Translations under genes and position numbers: made by a program | From: Anaeramoeba ignava BMAN | Lineage: Eukaryota; Protista; Anaeramoebae | Reading direction: 5' to 3' | NCBI GenBank assembly: GCA_028826165.1 | Contig: JAPDFW010000063.1 | Span: forward strand, 186,001 to 250,000 | DNA length: 64,000 nt | Shown: positions 11,801 to 25,736 of the stretch, one piece after another | Layout: every line of letters starts with the position of its first letter | Numbering within the stretch: position 1 is the first letter of the stretch | Notes under the pieces: model-generated | Told to the model about the DNA's origin: nothing | What the model saw: only the letters and a program-made list of their open reading frames with translations | Databases searched by the model: none

Positions 11801-14800
11801 AAATATCCAACATTTCAAATATTCTTATTATGTTGGCACTTCATTTCTCTCGAGATTTGTAGATTTTATGAACACTATTATCGATGAAAATGATGCCAAA
11901 GATTATTTATTGAATATTAATAACAGAAACCAACCTATTCAAAAAGCAATTCATTTCAATATCACACTCAAAGATTTTGCATTTGAATATTTTCCAATTA
12001 ACATTTCACCTGCAATAGCTTTAGTCTTTGGATATTTTAATTTTTATCAACGAATAATGCAAGGTTCATCAGCAATTAAACTTAATTTATTGAGTGAGAA
12101 TATTAATGGAGTTTTAATTGATGATCATTTCGAACTTTTGTTTTCAAATGAAGGCAACAATTCATTAGAATATTACATTTTACTTGGATTTCTTCCCATT
12201 CTTCATTGTGATGATTTGAAGATTGATATAATAATAACCAAAACAGATTCAAATTCAAATTCAAATTTAAATTTAAACTCAAATTTCAAATCAGGTTTAT
12301 TGACTGAAATTGACGCAAGTGAAAATGGATTAGAATCTGAAATGTGTTCTGATTCTCTAGCTTTTGTGTTGAATTTGTTTGATCATTTAAATTATGGATA
12401 TGATTTGGAAAAACAATTTCAACCAGTTTTCCCAGAAATTGAAGTTAAAAGTTCTGATAAAGGATTAGATGAATTAGAACAGGAAGATTTGTATGAAAAT
12501 TGGAATGAAATTGAAAATGAAAATGAAAATGAAAATGAAAATGAAAATGAAATTGGAAAAGGAATTGAAATGAAAAACCATTTGGATCAACCATTTCAAA
12601 TTAAGCTTTATGAAAACCCTTTACAAAATATCGAGAAAAATGATGAAATTTATCAGGTTGATGAATATACAGATTATACTGTTTTATGGAAAGACGATGA
12701 TTCTATTGGAGATATTAAACCAAGCTTCCGAGATTATTTAAGTATTTCATATTTATGGGAAGACCAAATTGAAGAAGATTTTCCTGTTGAAAAAGCAAAT
12801 GGAATTATCAAGTTGAAAAATATTTCAGGATTTATTCGTCTTTATGGAGGATATGATTGGGAAACAAAAAAAAATCAAGAAGAAGATGATAAAGAAATTG
12901 AAAAGATTGAACATTATAAAGAATTGGAAGAAAAAATTGAAGATATATTTGAATTTGATGATGCATTTATGAGATATTCATTAGAACTTGAAAAAAGTCT
13001 TGAAAAAAATCAAGATGATGAAAAAAACGATGAAGATATTGAAGAATTTGAGGATGTTTTCACAATTCAACAAATTGAGCAAGAAAATTATTATTCTTAT
13101 CTAAAACCATCAAAAAAAGAATCAAAATCAAGAAAATATCTTCTTGAAAAATTAATTGAGGAAAATTTAATTCAAAACAAATATTTACACAAAACTAAAC
13201 TTCAAAAAAGTCAGAGAACTCAAGATTATTTGGATTTTATTTTTGAAGAAGGATCTCTTGAGTTATTTACATTTCCAAACAAAGAAATTCACAAACTTTG
13301 TCTTGATCTTAAAATCAAGAATTTATTAATTGAAGATCATATACAATCAAGTCAATATTTATCTTTATTAACTTATCAAACAAGATTTCGTGATAACAAA
13401 GATGAATTTATTCCAATGATTCATTTTAGATTCATGATAGTACGACCAAATCCACTAATAAAAACACAAATAATAGAAGCAACTGAAGAGTGGAGAATTC
13501 AAATACAAGTTCTTCCTGTTAGAATGAATATTGATATTCGTTCTTTAGATTTTTTAACTCAATATTTATCAAATCTGAATCAAGAACGAGAAAAAAACCA
13601 GAAAATATATAAAACAAAAGAGCCATTTATTCGTAAATTTTTAATTTTTAATTTTGAATTTTGAATTTTGAATTTTGAATTTTGAATTTTTAAATTTTAA
13701 TTTTTAATTTTGAATTTTGATATCAATAGAATCATTTTCGATTAGTAAATTATATGGAGATTTTTCAATTTCTTATCCTTTAAATGATACAGTATCTTTT
13801 GCAGTTAATCATATTATTATTAGACTTCCATCAGTTCATTTATTTGGAGTAAAAAACTTTGATTTGATTTGATTTAATATTTATTTAATATTTATTTAAT
13901 ATTTATTATTTATTTATTTAATATTTATTTAATATTGATTTAATATTGATTTAATATTGATTTAATATTGATTTAATATTGATTTAATATTTATTTAATA
14001 TTGATTTAATATTTATTTAATATTTATTTAATATTTATTTAATATTTAATATTTATTTAATATTTGATTTAATATTGATTTAATATTTATTTAATATTTA
14101 TTTAATATTTGATTTAATATTTATTTAATATTTATTTAATATTTATTTAATATTTATTTAATATTTATTTAATATTTATTTAATATTTATTTAATATTTA
14201 TTTATTATTTATTTAATATTTATTTAATATTTATTTAATATTTATTTAATATTTATTTAATATTGATTTAATATTGATTTAATATTTATTTAATATTTAT
14301 TTAATATTTATTTAATATTTATTTAATATTTATTTAATATTGATTTAATATTGATTTAATATTTATTTAATATTTATTTAATATTTATTTAATATTTATT
14401 TAATATTTATTTAATATTTATTTTATTTAATATTTATTTAATATTTATTTAATATTTATTTAATATTTATTTAATATTTATTTATTGATTTAATATTTAT
14501 TTAATATTTATTTTATTTATTTAATATTGATTTAATATTTATTTTATTTATTATTTATTTAATATTTATTTAATATTTTAATATTTATTTAATATTTATT
14601 TAATATTTATTTAATATTTATTTAATATTTATTTAATATTTATTTAATATTTATTTAATATTTATTTAATATTTATTTATTTATTTAATATTTATTTTAA
14701 TATTTATTTAATATTTATTTAATATTTATTTAATATTTATTTAATATTTATTTAATATTTATTTAATATTTATTTAATATTTATTTAATATTTATTTATT

Positions 14801-15651
14801 ATTTATTTAATATTTATTTAATATTGATTTAATATTGATTTAATATTTATTCAATATTTGATTTAATATTTAATATTTAATATTTATTTAATATTTATTT
14901 AATATTTGATTTAATATTTATTTAATATTTATTTAATATTTAATTTTAGGCTGAATGGGATAAGGCAATTGAAGAATTAAAAAATCAATACATTTCTTCA
15001 TTCAAACAAAAAAAACAATTAGTAACTGTAGTTGGATCACTTCCTGGAATAAAAACAATAGTAAACATCTCCAAAGGATTCAAAGATTTTATTACACAAC
15101 CAATAAAAAGTTATCAAAATGGAGGAGGATTCATAACAGGAGTTTGGAGAGGAACAGAATCATTAACAAAATCTGTTTTTCTTGAAATTTTAAAAGCAGC
15201 AAAAACAGTTACAAAAATTTCCGAACTTTCTTTATTTTTTGTTGATGATAAAAATATGGAACTTTCTATTAAACATGGAGCTCAACAACCTAAAAATATT
15301 TCTCAAGGTTTAAAATTTGCTTGGGAAGATATTTCAAATGGATTTTATTATGTTTTAAAAAATTTAAATTTGAAATCAAATCAAAATCAAAATCAAAATC
15401 AAAATCAAAATCAAAATCAAAATCAAAATCAAAATCTTGGATTATCTCATTCAATTTATATTAAAACTACTAGTCCGTTAATGATTCCAAAATCTATTTT
15501 TTCTGCTTTGCATTCTGCTTTAAAGGGTTTTATTAATAAAATAGATCCTGAACAATATGTTCAAGATGTTGGAAAATATAAACCTCGTAAAAAAAAGGAT
15601 AATCAAGATAATAATGATAATAAAGATGATGATAAAAAGAATAAAAAATAA
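8848..15651 (+). CDS. ATG2: ATG2 autophagy lipid-transfer protein (chorein-N to ATG_C), multi-exon
   Basis: Chorein-N-like start (LGNFI...LNYLQIPLKFCTGFLSGVEISIP); RLYGGYDW motif; EWRIQIQVLPVRMNIDIRSLDFL; C-terminal LPGIKTIVNISKGFKDFITQPI...QPKNISQGL...GFINKIDPEQYVQDVGKYK; long intron 13849-14949. Confidence 0.85.
13860..14945. repeat. Intronic 11-bp tandem array (TATTTATTTAA, variant TATTGATTTAA)
   Basis: Fills ATG2 intron 13849-14949. Confidence 0.95.
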
Positions 15652-15938
15652 AATTGAAGAAGAAAATTTATCAAATTTTGATTTAATTTTGATTTAATTT
15701 TGATTTAATTTTGAATTTTTAATTTTTAATTTTGAATTTAATTTTGATTTAATTTTGATTTAATTTTGATTTCATTTTGATTTCATTTTGAATTCAATTT
15801 TGAATTCAATTTTGATTTAATTTTGAATTTAATTTTGAATTTTGAATTTAATTTTGAATTTAATTTTGAATTTAATTTTGAATTTAATTTTGAAATTAAT
15901 TTTTGATTTTAATTTTGAATTTATTTTTGATTTTAAAT

Positions 15939-16574
15939 TTAATCTTCTTTCTTTTCATCTTCTTTCTTTTCATCTTCTTTCTTTTCATCTTCTTTCTTTT
16001 CATCTTCTTTCTTTTCTTGATTATCTTCAATTTTAGTTTTTTGAAAACGAGAAATAACTTGATTCAAAAATTCATTTGATTTTTCATAATCTTCATCTTC
16101 AATTTCTGAAGAATTATCAGAATCTTCAAAATCAAAACCAGATTGTTGCATAAATTGATCAAAATTATTAGCAAAAGATTTAAAAAGTTTAGCATTAAGA
16201 TGATCTGTTTGTGTTATTTCAAATGTATTTTGTTTGTCATCTTCTTGTTCATCACTTTCATCTACAAAAATTATTTCATCATTTTCATTTTCTTGTTCAT
16301 ATTTATCTTCTATTTCTTCTTTTATTCTTTGTTCAATTCTATCTTCGATTTCTTGTGCAACTTCAAAATCATTTTCAAATTCATTTTCAAAATCATTTTC
16401 AATTTGAATTTGATTTTCAATTTGAATTTGATTTTCAATTTCTTTTTGATTTTGATTTTCAATTTCTTTTTGAATTTGATTTTCAATTTCTTTTTGGTTT
16501 TGATTTTGATTTTCAATTTGAATTTGATTTTCAATTTGATTTTCAATTTCTTTTTGGTTTTGATTTGAATTCAT
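15939..16574 (-). CDS. Acidic low-complexity hypothetical protein (211 aa)
   Basis: ATG-to-stop ORF with a non-repetitive core (FEITQTDHLNAKLFKSFANNFDQFMQQSGFDF); TCATTTT element upstream; convergent with ATG2. Confidence 0.55.
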   Translation of the reverse strand: MNSNQNQKEIENQIENQIQIENQNQNQKEIENQIQKEIENQNQKEIENQIQIENQIQIENDFENEFENDFEVAQEIEDRIEQRIKEEIEDKYEQENENDEIIFVDESDEQEDDKQNTFEITQTDHLNAKLFKSFANNFDQFMQQSGFDFEDSDNSSEIEDEDYEKSNEFLNQVISRFQKTKIEDNQEKKEDEKKEDEKKEDEKKEDEKKED

Positions 16575-16777
16575 TGTTTTTTTTTTTGGAAAGAAAAGAA
16601 AAAAATGAAATTAAAAAAAAATGAAAAAAATATTTTTTTTTTTTGATCTTGATTTTTATTTTTGAAACAAATTTTGAACTTGTAAAATTCATTTTTTTTC
16701 AATTTAAAATTTAAAAATTAAGAATGAGAATGAAAATGAAAATGAAAATGAAAATGAAAATGAAAATGAAAATGAAA

Positions 16778-19700
16778 ATGAAATTTATTTTAACAATTCA
16801 TTTAATTTTGTTTTTTAATTATTTTTTATTTTCAATTAAATCTGAAACAATAAATGTTAATTGGTTGGGAGGTGAAGATATTTCAAATTGTGGTGTTAAT
16901 TCAAACCCAAATTGCAGTACAATTAAAATATGCAATTGAAAAAAGAATTAATGATAATGATATTTTGTTTATTTATGAAGGGAATTATTACAGTAACTCT
17001 TGTAATATAACATCATTTGATATTTCTTTTCAAATTCAAGCTGAAAATGTTACTTTGGATTGTGAGAACATTTTACCTGCTTTTTTATTTGATTTTTCAA
17101 ATAATACAGATAATGGAAATATAACAATTAAAGGATTAACAATTAAAAATGCAGATAATTCTAATCAAGAATCAATCATTTTTTCAGGAGCAGGAATTAC
17201 AGTTAATAAAGGAAAAGTTTGGATTGAATCTTGTTCTTTTTTGAATAGTTTTTCTAATGGTAGTGAAACATTTCCATGTTCAGCAGGAATTTATTTAGAT
17301 TCACCAAGATATTTATCAATAAACAATTCTAATTTTTCTAATTTATACAATACTAATGCAACAGCTTCAGCAATATTTATTCTAAATCAAGAAAATTTAA
17401 CAGAACCACAAACTTTTATAATGGAATCATGCACATTTAATGAAAATTATGTTGAAAATCAAGGAAGTACAATTATTTCTGTTTCTAATGAAAATGAGGT
17501 TTTATATGATTATATTTTCACAAACAATACTTTTGAAAACAATTTTGCTGATTATTCTGGTGGAATTTATTTTGAGATATTTCCACAAGAAAACTCATCT
17601 ATTATCATTACAAATAATACTTTTTTCAATAATACTGGACAACAAGGTGGAATATATTTCGTTACAATGACTCGATTTATATAATTTGACAATCAGAATA
17701 GATGGAAATAATTTTACTCAAAATATTGGAATCTATGAATCTTCATCTATTAGATTTAATCCTAATGCAATTAAAGATTGGAATTTAGGATCTTTTGAAT
17801 TTGTGAATAATCTAATTTTTGAAGATAATGGATATGAAAGTAATATTGATCTTTCATTTGGATTTAATTTCACAAAATTTGATTTGATAATCGAGAATAA
17901 CAATTTCACTTCAAATATTGTTTCAATTGCAGCTCCAATAATAATAGCTACGCATTTAATAGATAATCAAGCAAATTTTTCATTCATTTCAAATAATTTT
18001 GTGAATAATACAGGAATAAATAGCACATCTGGTGGAATTTCTATTTATGATGAATTTGCTTTAAATGGTTCACAAAAGTATTTTTTTATCAATAATACTT
18101 TCATTAATAATACAGGTCAACGATCTGCTGGAGGAATAATGCTTTTGCATCCAAAAATTTTAGGAGGTAGTTATACACTATTTGAAAATAATACATTTGA
18201 AAACAACATTGGACCTATTGGTGGATTATTTTATTATTCATATGATGACTCTTATAATAATACATTTGAATTTGTTGGAAATACTTTTAGGAATAATATT
18301 GGGAATATTTATTCAGGTGCTATTTATTTTGTACTTCCCAAATGGTTTTTTGATTTTAATTGCACATTTACAAACAATATTTTTGAGAAAAATACAGGAT
18401 GGAGAGATGCTGGTGCAATTTCTTTTGAATTTTCAAATTATTCAGACGGAATAAATATTGGATTATTTGGGAATACTTTTATTAACAATTCTGGAGGACA
18501 AGGTGGTGATCTATCAATTAGAAATGATCTTACCAAGACTCAAAATTTTAATGGAATATTTGAAGATAATATTTTTGAGATGAGCAGTAGTAATGGTGGA
18601 GGAAGTTTATTCTTTGATACTTTATCTACTTTATCTATTCAAAATTGTGAATTTATCAATAATTATGCAATAGAAGGTGGATCAATATTTATTACAGGAC
18701 AAACAGAATTAACAATAAATAATACAAAATTTTCACAAAATAATGGAATGTTTGGATCAACAATTTTATCTTTTTCAAGAGAGAAAACAACAATAATAAA
18801 CTCAATATTGGATACTCCAAATGATTCAGGGAAAATTGGATATTTTGAAAATATTGAACCAATTCTTGAAAATACAACAATAACTTGTGGAGAAGGATAT
18901 ATTTATCAAAATTCAACATCAACAAAATATAAAAATGATATTGAAGTTATAAGCTATTTTTATGAATGTGTTCCTTGTCCACAAGGATCTTATTCAATGA
19001 ATTATGGAGGTAATTTTGAAGGAGCAATGAATTTTTGTTTTAAATGTCCTTATGGAGCTACTTGTAATGGAATAAATAAAATTACACCTTTATCAGGATT
19101 TTGGGGATTTCCAACAAATTCATCACAATTTTTAGAATATAAACCTTGCCCAACAGGATATTGCACAATCAAAACAAGTGAAACAGAATCAATTTTATCA
19201 GGAGATTATAATTATTGTAGTGGAAATAGAAAAGGAATTCTTTGTGGAGAATGTGAAGAAGGATATACAAATACTTTAAGTGATGAATCTGAATGTGTTC
19301 TTAAAGAAGATTGCCAAGGAGGATTAGGATATTATCTATTTTTAGCTTTAATAAAAGCAGTAATTTATTCACTTATTCTTCTTTTCAAACCTCAAGATGG
19401 TTCAGGCTCATTTATTGTTGTAGTTTATTTTTTTCAAATGATTACTTATGTTCTTCCTCAAATTAGAAAAGATCCAGATGAAAAAGATCAAGGAAGTCAA
19501 CAATTTGCAAGTATTCTTCAATTTATCTCTGATTTAGTTAATTTAAAAGCAAGTTTTCCAACTTTAAAAACTTGGGGAAATTGTCCAAATGATCATATTT
19601 CTTCTGTTGAAAAAATAGCATATAATTTAGTTGGACCAGCTTTTTATTTTGGAGTTCTTCTTCTTTTTGTTTTGATTTATTATCTTATTGTTTATTTAAA

Positions 19701-20787
19701 GAAAAAAAGAAAACAAAAAAAACAAAGAAAAAAAGAAAAAGAAGAAAAAGAAAAAGAAAAAGAAGAATCATTAAAACTTGAAGATTTGAATAACAAACAA
19801 AATCAACAAATTAATAATGAAAATCAAGATAATAATGAAAATGAAATGAATGAAAATCAAGAAAATGAAAATGAAAATGAAAATAATAATGAAAATGAAA
19901 ATAATGAAAATGAAATGAATGAAAATAATAATGAAAATGAAAATAATCAAAATCAAAATAATCAAAATCAAAATAATAATGAAAATGAAATGAATGAAAA
20001 TGATAATGATAATGAAAATAAGATTTTTGATTCCAAAGAAACAAAATTTACTCAAAAACAAATTATTTTTGATGCTTTTCTTACTTTATTCATTTTAACA
20101 TACACAAATCTTTCAGAAACAACATTAAATTTATTAAATTGTATTCCAATCAAATTTGAAGATGGTCATACAGAAAAAAGATTATATTTTTCTGGAAATG
20201 TGAAATGTTATAACTCTTGGCAAATTTTTCTTTTTTTCATTGTTATTTTGATTGGATTATTTCCGTTTTTAATTTTGATTTGGAAAAGATGGGCAAAGAA
20301 AAAATATTCAGAAAAATTAAAAAAGAAAAAATCACCATATGTTGAAGTAATGATATTTATTCTTGAAGCACCATTTGTGAAAAATTGCAAATATTGGAGA
20401 TCTTTTTATCTTTTTCGAAGATTTGCAATTATTGTTATATTTGTTTTTGTGATTGATCCTTTTATTAAAAGTTTTATAATTAGTATGATTTGTCTTATTA
20501 TTCTTTTATTAACAATTATTTTATCACCTTTCCATAACAAAAGAGTAATGAAAATGGAATATCTTTCTCTTTCTGTATTGGTTATTTTTTCAATTATGAC
20601 AATGAGAGATGGATCTTTAGCTTCTGCTGGAGTTGATAATGAATTAGGAAGTTTAAAAGATACAACACTTGCATTTAATGTTATTGGATATATTCTCACA
20701 ATAACAGTATTATTATTTGCTTTAATTAATTTCTTTATTGGATTTCGTTCTCAAATCAAATCTTATTGTTCTAAAAAACAAAAATAA
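16778..20787 (+). pseudogene. Copy 1 of beta-helix/Cys-rich/multi-TM surface receptor with two 1-nt insertions (pseudogene or assembly error)
   Basis: Near-identical to 21620-25486; extra A at ~16927 (attaaaatatgc vs attaaatatgc) and extra C at ~17673 (atgactcgattt vs atgactgattt) split it into three ORFs. Confidence 0.75.
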
Positions 20788-21021
20788 CAAAACATCAATT
20801 TCTTTTCTTTCTCTTCTTTCTCTTTTTCTCTCAAAATAACAAAATCAATTCAAAAAAGAAAAAAACAAAAATTCTTTTATATTTTAATTTTAATTTTAAT
20901 TTTAATTTTAATTTTAATTTTAATTTTGATTTTAATTTTTGATTTTAATTTTAATTTTGATTTTAATTTTAATTTTAATTTTAATTTTAATTTTAATTTT
21001 AATTTCTGAGATTATTTCTTA

Positions 21022-21390
21022 TTAAAAAATGAAACAATTTTCTTTTTGTTGTTTCATTTTGCTTTGATTTTGTTCTTTTTCTTTCTTTTCTTGATTTTGA
21101 TTATTAAATTTGTTAATTAATAAATCAAATAAATTTGGATTTGTTTGATTTAATTGAAAATAATCAATTCCAATTTGAATTTCATCAATTATTTCTTGTG
21201 TAATTTCAATTTCATTTTTAATTTGATTTGAATAAATCCAATATTCAAATATTTGAAATGATTTATTACTTAATTCACTATAATCTGTAACTTTATTTGA
21301 TTTATCATTTGTAACAGATAAAAACATTCCTCGATATAATTCACTTCTCATTATTAATATTAATTTTGGAAATTTATATTGTTTTTCTTT
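21022..21390 (-). pseudogene. 3' fragment of RCC1-BTB family gene (last BTB-like domain and CaaX tail only)
   Basis: KQYKFPKLILIMRSELYRGMF...KENCFIF matches the C-termini of the 25737 and 56763 genes; homology stops abruptly at ~21390. Confidence 0.85.
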
Positions 21391-21619
21391 TCAATTTCTG
21401 TTGTTGATATTGTTTTATTTGATTAAAAAAAAAAAATAAAAAATAAAAAATGGTAAAATGAATGAAAAAAAACAATAAAAAAAAAGATCAAATAAAGAAA
21501 AAGATTTTAAACGATCATTTTATAAATTCATTTTTTTTTTCAATTTAAAATTTAAAAATTAAGAATGAGAATGAAAATGAAAATGAAAATTAAGAATGAG
21601 AATGAAAATGAAAATGAAA

Positions 21620-24600
21620 ATGAAATTTATTTTAACAATTAATTTAATTTTGTTTTTTAATTATTTTTTATTTTCAATTAAATCTGAAACAATAAATGTT
21701 AATTGGTTGGGAGGTGAAGATATTTCAAATTGTGGCGTTAGTTCAAACCCAAATTGCAGTACAATTAAATATGCAATTGAAAAAAGAATTAATGATAATG
21801 ATATTTTGTTTATTTATGAAGGGAATTATTACAGTAACTCTTGTAATATAACATCATTTGATATTTCTTTTCAAATTCAAGCTGAAAATGTTACTTTGGA
21901 TTGTGAGAACATTTTACCTGCTTTTTTATTTGATTTTTCAAATAATACAGATAATGGAAATATAACAATTAAAGGATTAACAATTAAAAATGCAGATAAT
22001 TCTAATCAAGAATCAATCATTTTTTCAGGAGCAGGAATTACAGTTAATAAAGGAAAAGTTTGGATTGAATCTTGTTCTTTTTTGAATAGTTTTTCTAATG
22101 GTAGTGAAACATTTCCACGTTCAGCAGGAATTTATTTAGATTCACCAAGATATTTATCAATAAACAATTCTAATTTTTCTAATTTATACAATACTAATGC
22201 AACAGCTTCAGCAATATTTATTCTAAATCAAGAAAATTTAACAGAACCACAAACTTTTATAATGGAATCTTGCACATTTAATGAAAATTATGTTGAGACT
22301 CAAGGAAGTACAATTATTTCTTTTTCTAATGAAAATGAGGTTTTATATGATTATATTTTCACAAACAATACTTTTGAAAACAATTTTGCTGATTATTCTG
22401 GTGTGTTTTTTTTAAAGATTATCCCACAAGAAAATTCATCTATTATCATTGCAAAGAATACTTTTTTCAATAATACTGGACAACAAGGTGGAATTACTTT
22501 CGTTACAATGACTGATTTATATAATTTGACAATCAGAATAGATGGAAATAATTTTACTCAAAATATTGGAATCTATGAATCTTCATCTATTAAGTTTCAT
22601 CCTAATGCAATTAAAGATTGGAATTTAGGATCTTTTGAATTTGTGAATAATCTAATTTTTGAAGATAATGGATATGAAAGTAATATTGATCTTTCATTTG
22701 GATTTAATTTCACAAAATTTGATTTGATAATCGAGAATAACAATTTCACTTCAAATATCATTTTATCTGCAGCTCCAATAATGATATCTTCCTCCTTAAT
22801 AGATAATCAAGTAAATTTTTCATTCATTTCAAATAATTTTGTGAATAATACAGGAATAGATACTTTATCTGGTGGAATTTTTATTTATGATGAATTTGCT
22901 TTAAATGGTTCACAAAAGTATTTTTTTATCAATAATACTTTCATTAATAATACAGGTCAACGATCTGCTGGAGGAATAATGCTTTTGCATCCAAAAATTT
23001 TAGGAGGTAGTTATGCACTATTTGAAAATAATACATTTGAAAACAACATTGGACCTATTGGTGGATTACTTTATTATTCATATGCTGACTCTTATAATAA
23101 TACATTTGAATTTGTTGGAAATACTTTTAGGAATAATATTGGGAATGTTTATTCAGGTGCTATTTATTTTGTGCTTTTGAGTGATTTTTTTGATTTTAAT
23201 TGCACATTTACAAACAATATTTTTGAGAAAAATACAGGATGGAGTGGTGCTGGTGCAATTTTTTTTGATTTTGCAGCTTCCGCCCAAGGAATAAATATTG
23301 AATTATTTGGGAATACTTTTATTAACAATTCTGGAGGACAAGGTGGTGATCTATCAATTAGAAATGATCTTCTCAGCACCCAAAATTTTAGTGGAATATT
23401 TGAAGATAATATTTTTGAGATGAGCAGTAGTGATAGTGGAGGAAGTTTATTCTTTGATACTTTATCTAATTTATCTATTCAAAATTGTGAATTTATCAAT
23501 AATTATGCAGTAGAAGGTGGATCAATATTGGTTCGAGGACAAACAGAATTAACAATAAATAATACAAATTTTTCACAAAATAATGGAATGTTTGGATCAA
23601 CAATTTTATCTTTTTCAAGAGAGAAAACAACAATAATAAACTCAATATTGAATACTCCAAATGATTCAGGGAAAATTGGATATTTTGAAAATATTGAATC
23701 AATTCTTGAAAATACAACAATAACTTGTGGAGAAGGATACATTTATCAGAATTCAACATCAACCAAATATAAAAATGATATTGAAGTTATAAGCTATTTT
23801 TATGAATGTGTTCCTTGTCCACAAGGATCTTATTCAATGAATTATGGAGGTAATTTTGAAGGAGCAATGAATTTTTGTTTTAAATGTCCTTATGGAGCTA
23901 CTTGTAATGGAATAAATAAAATTACACCTTTATCAGGATTTTGGGGATTTCCAACAAATTCATCACAATTTTTAGAATATAAACCTTGTCCAACAGGATA
24001 TTGCACAATCAAAACAAGTGAAACAGAATCAATTTCATCAGGAGATTATAATTATTGTAGTGGGAATAGAAAAGGAATTCTTTGTGGAGAATGTGAAGAA
24101 GGATATACAAATACTTTAAGTGATGAATCTGAATGTGTTCTTAAAGAAGATTGCCAAGGAGGATTAGGATATTATCTATTTTTAGCTTTAATAAAAGCAG
24201 TAATTTATTCACTTATTCTTCTTTTCAAACCTCAAGATGATTCAGGCTCATTTATTGTTGCAGTTTATTTTTTTCAAATGATTACTTATGTTCTTCCTCA
24301 AATTAGAAAAGATCCAGATGAAAAAGACCAAGCAAGTCAACAATTTGCAAGTATTCTTCAATTTATCTCTGATTTAGTTAATTTAAAAGCAAGTTTTCCA
24401 ACTTTAAAAACTTGGGGAAATTGTCCAAATGATCATATTTCTTCTGTTGAAAAAATAGCATATAATTTAGTTGGACCAGCTTTTTATTTTGGAGTTCTTC
24501 TTCTTTTTGTTTTGATTTATTATCTTATTGTTTATTTAAAGAAAAAAAGAAAACAAAAAAAACAAAGAAAAAAAGAAAAAGAAGAAGAAAAAGAAAAAGA

Positions 24601-25486
24601 AGAATCATTAAAACTTGAAGATTTGAATAACAAACAAAATCAACAAATTAATAATGAAAATCAAGATAATGAAAATGAAATGAATGAAAATCAAGAAAAT
24701 GATAATGATAATGAAAATAAGATTTTTGATTCCAAAGAAACAAAATTTACTCAAAAACAAATTATTTTTGATGCTTTTCTTACTTTATTCATTTTAACAT
24801 ACACAAATCTTTCAGAAACAACATTAAATTTATTGAATTGTATTCCAATCAAATTTGAAGATGGTCATACAGAAAAAAGATTATATTTTTCTGGAAATGT
24901 GAAATGTTATAACTCTTGGCAAATTTTTCTTTTTTTCATTGTTATTTTGATTGGATTATTTCCGTTCTTAATTTTGATTTGGAAAAGATGGGCAAAGAAA
25001 AAATATTCAGAAAAATTAAAAAAGAAAAAATCACCATATGTTGAAGTAATGATATTTATTCTTGAAGCACCATTTGTAAAAAATTGCAAATATTGGAGAT
25101 CTTTTTATCTTTTTCGAAGATTTGCAATTATTGTTATATTTGTTTTCGTGATTGATCCTTTTATTAAAAGTTTTATAATTAGTATGATTTGTCTTATTAT
25201 TCTTTTATTAACAATTATTTTATCACCTTTCCATAACAAAAGAGTAATGAAAATGGAATATCTTTCTCTTTCTGTATTGGTTATTTTTTCAATTATGACA
25301 ATGAGAGATGGATCTTTAGCTTCTGCTGGAGTTGATAATGAATTAGGAAGTTTAAAAGATACAACACTTGCATTTAATGTTATTGGATATATTCTCACAA
25401 TAACAGTATTATTATTTGCTTTAATTAATTTCTTTATTGGATTTCGTTCTCAAATCAAATCTTATTGTTCTAAAAAACAAAAATAA
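21620..25486 (+). CDS. Surface receptor-like protein: signal peptide, pectin-lyase/Pmp-like right-handed beta-helix, Cys-rich stalk, ~8-9 TM C-terminal module; intronless
   Basis: Signal-like MKFILTINLILFFNYFLFSIKS; repeated FxNN/GGAI motifs; CVPCPQGSYS, CFKCPYGATC, CSGNRKGILCGECEEGY; many hydrophobic helices incl. YWRSFYLFRRFAII. ORF track starts at 21596 inside an (ATGAAA)n repeat. Confidence 0.85.
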   Translation: MKFILTINLILFFNYFLFSIKSETINVNWLGGEDISNCGVSSNPNCSTIKYAIEKRINDNDILFIYEGNYYSNSCNITSFDISFQIQAENVTLDCENILPAFLFDFSNNTDNGNITIKGLTIKNADNSNQESIIFSGAGITVNKGKVWIESCSFLNSFSNGSETFPRSAGIYLDSPRYLSINNSNFSNLYNTNATASAIFILNQENLTEPQTFIMESCTFNENYVETQGSTIISFSNENEVLYDYIFTNNTFENNFADYSGVFFLKIIPQENSSIIIAKNTFFNNTGQQGGITFVTMTDLYNLTIRIDGNNFTQNIGIYESSSIKFHPNAIKDWNLGSFEFVNNLIFEDNGYESNIDLSFGFNFTKFDLIIENNNFTSNIILSAAPIMISSSLIDNQVNFSFISNNFVNNTGIDTLSGGIFIYDEFALNGSQKYFFINNTFINNTGQRSAGGIMLLHPKILGGSYALFENNTFENNIGPIGGLLYYSYADSYNNTFEFVGNTFRNNIGNVYSGAIYFVLLSDFFDFNCTFTNNIFEKNTGWSGAGAIFFDFAASAQGINIELFGNTFINNSGGQGGDLSIRNDLLSTQNFSGIFEDNIFEMSSSDSGGSLFFDTLSNLSIQNCEFINNYAVEGGSILVRGQTELTINNTNFSQNNGMFGSTILSFSREKTTIINSILNTPNDSGKIGYFENIESILENTTITCGEGYIYQNSTSTKYKNDIEVISYFYECVPCPQGSYSMNYGGNFEGAMNFCFKCPYGATCNGINKITPLSGFWGFPTNSSQFLEYKPCPTGYCTIKTSETESISSGDYNYCSGNRKGILCGECEEGYTNTLSDESECVLKEDCQGGLGYYLFLALIKAVIYSLILLFKPQDDSGSFIVAVYFFQMITYVLPQIRKDPDEKDQASQQFASILQFISDLVNLKASFPTLKTWGNCPNDHISSVEKIAYNLVGPAFYFGVLLLFVLIYYLIVYLKKKRKQKKQRKKEKEEEKEKEESLKLEDLNNKQNQQINNENQDNENEMNENQENDNDNENKIFDSKETKFTQKQIIFDAFLTLFILTYTNLSETTLNLLNCIPIKFEDGHTEKRLYFSGNVKCYNSWQIFLFFIVILIGLFPFLILIWKRWAKKKYSEKLKKKKSPYVEVMIFILEAPFVKNCKYWRSFYLFRRFAIIVIFVFVIDPFIKSFIISMICLIILLLTIILSPFHNKRVMKMEYLSLSVLVIFSIMTMRDGSLASAGVDNELGSLKDTTLAFNVIGYILTITVLLFALINFFIGFRSQIKSYCSKKQK

Positions 25487-25736
25487 CAAAACATCAATTT
25501 TTCTTTCTTTCTTTTCTTTCTTTCTCTTTTTCTCTCAAAATAACAAAATCAATTCAAAAAAGAAAAAAACAAAAATTCTTTTATATTTTGATTTTGATTT
25601 TGATTTTGATTTTAATTTTGATTTTGATTTTGATTTTGATTTTAATTTTGATTTTAATTTTAATTTTGATTTTAATTTTAATTTTAATTTTGATTTTGAT
25701 TTTAATTTTAATTTTGATTTCTGAGATTATTTCTTA

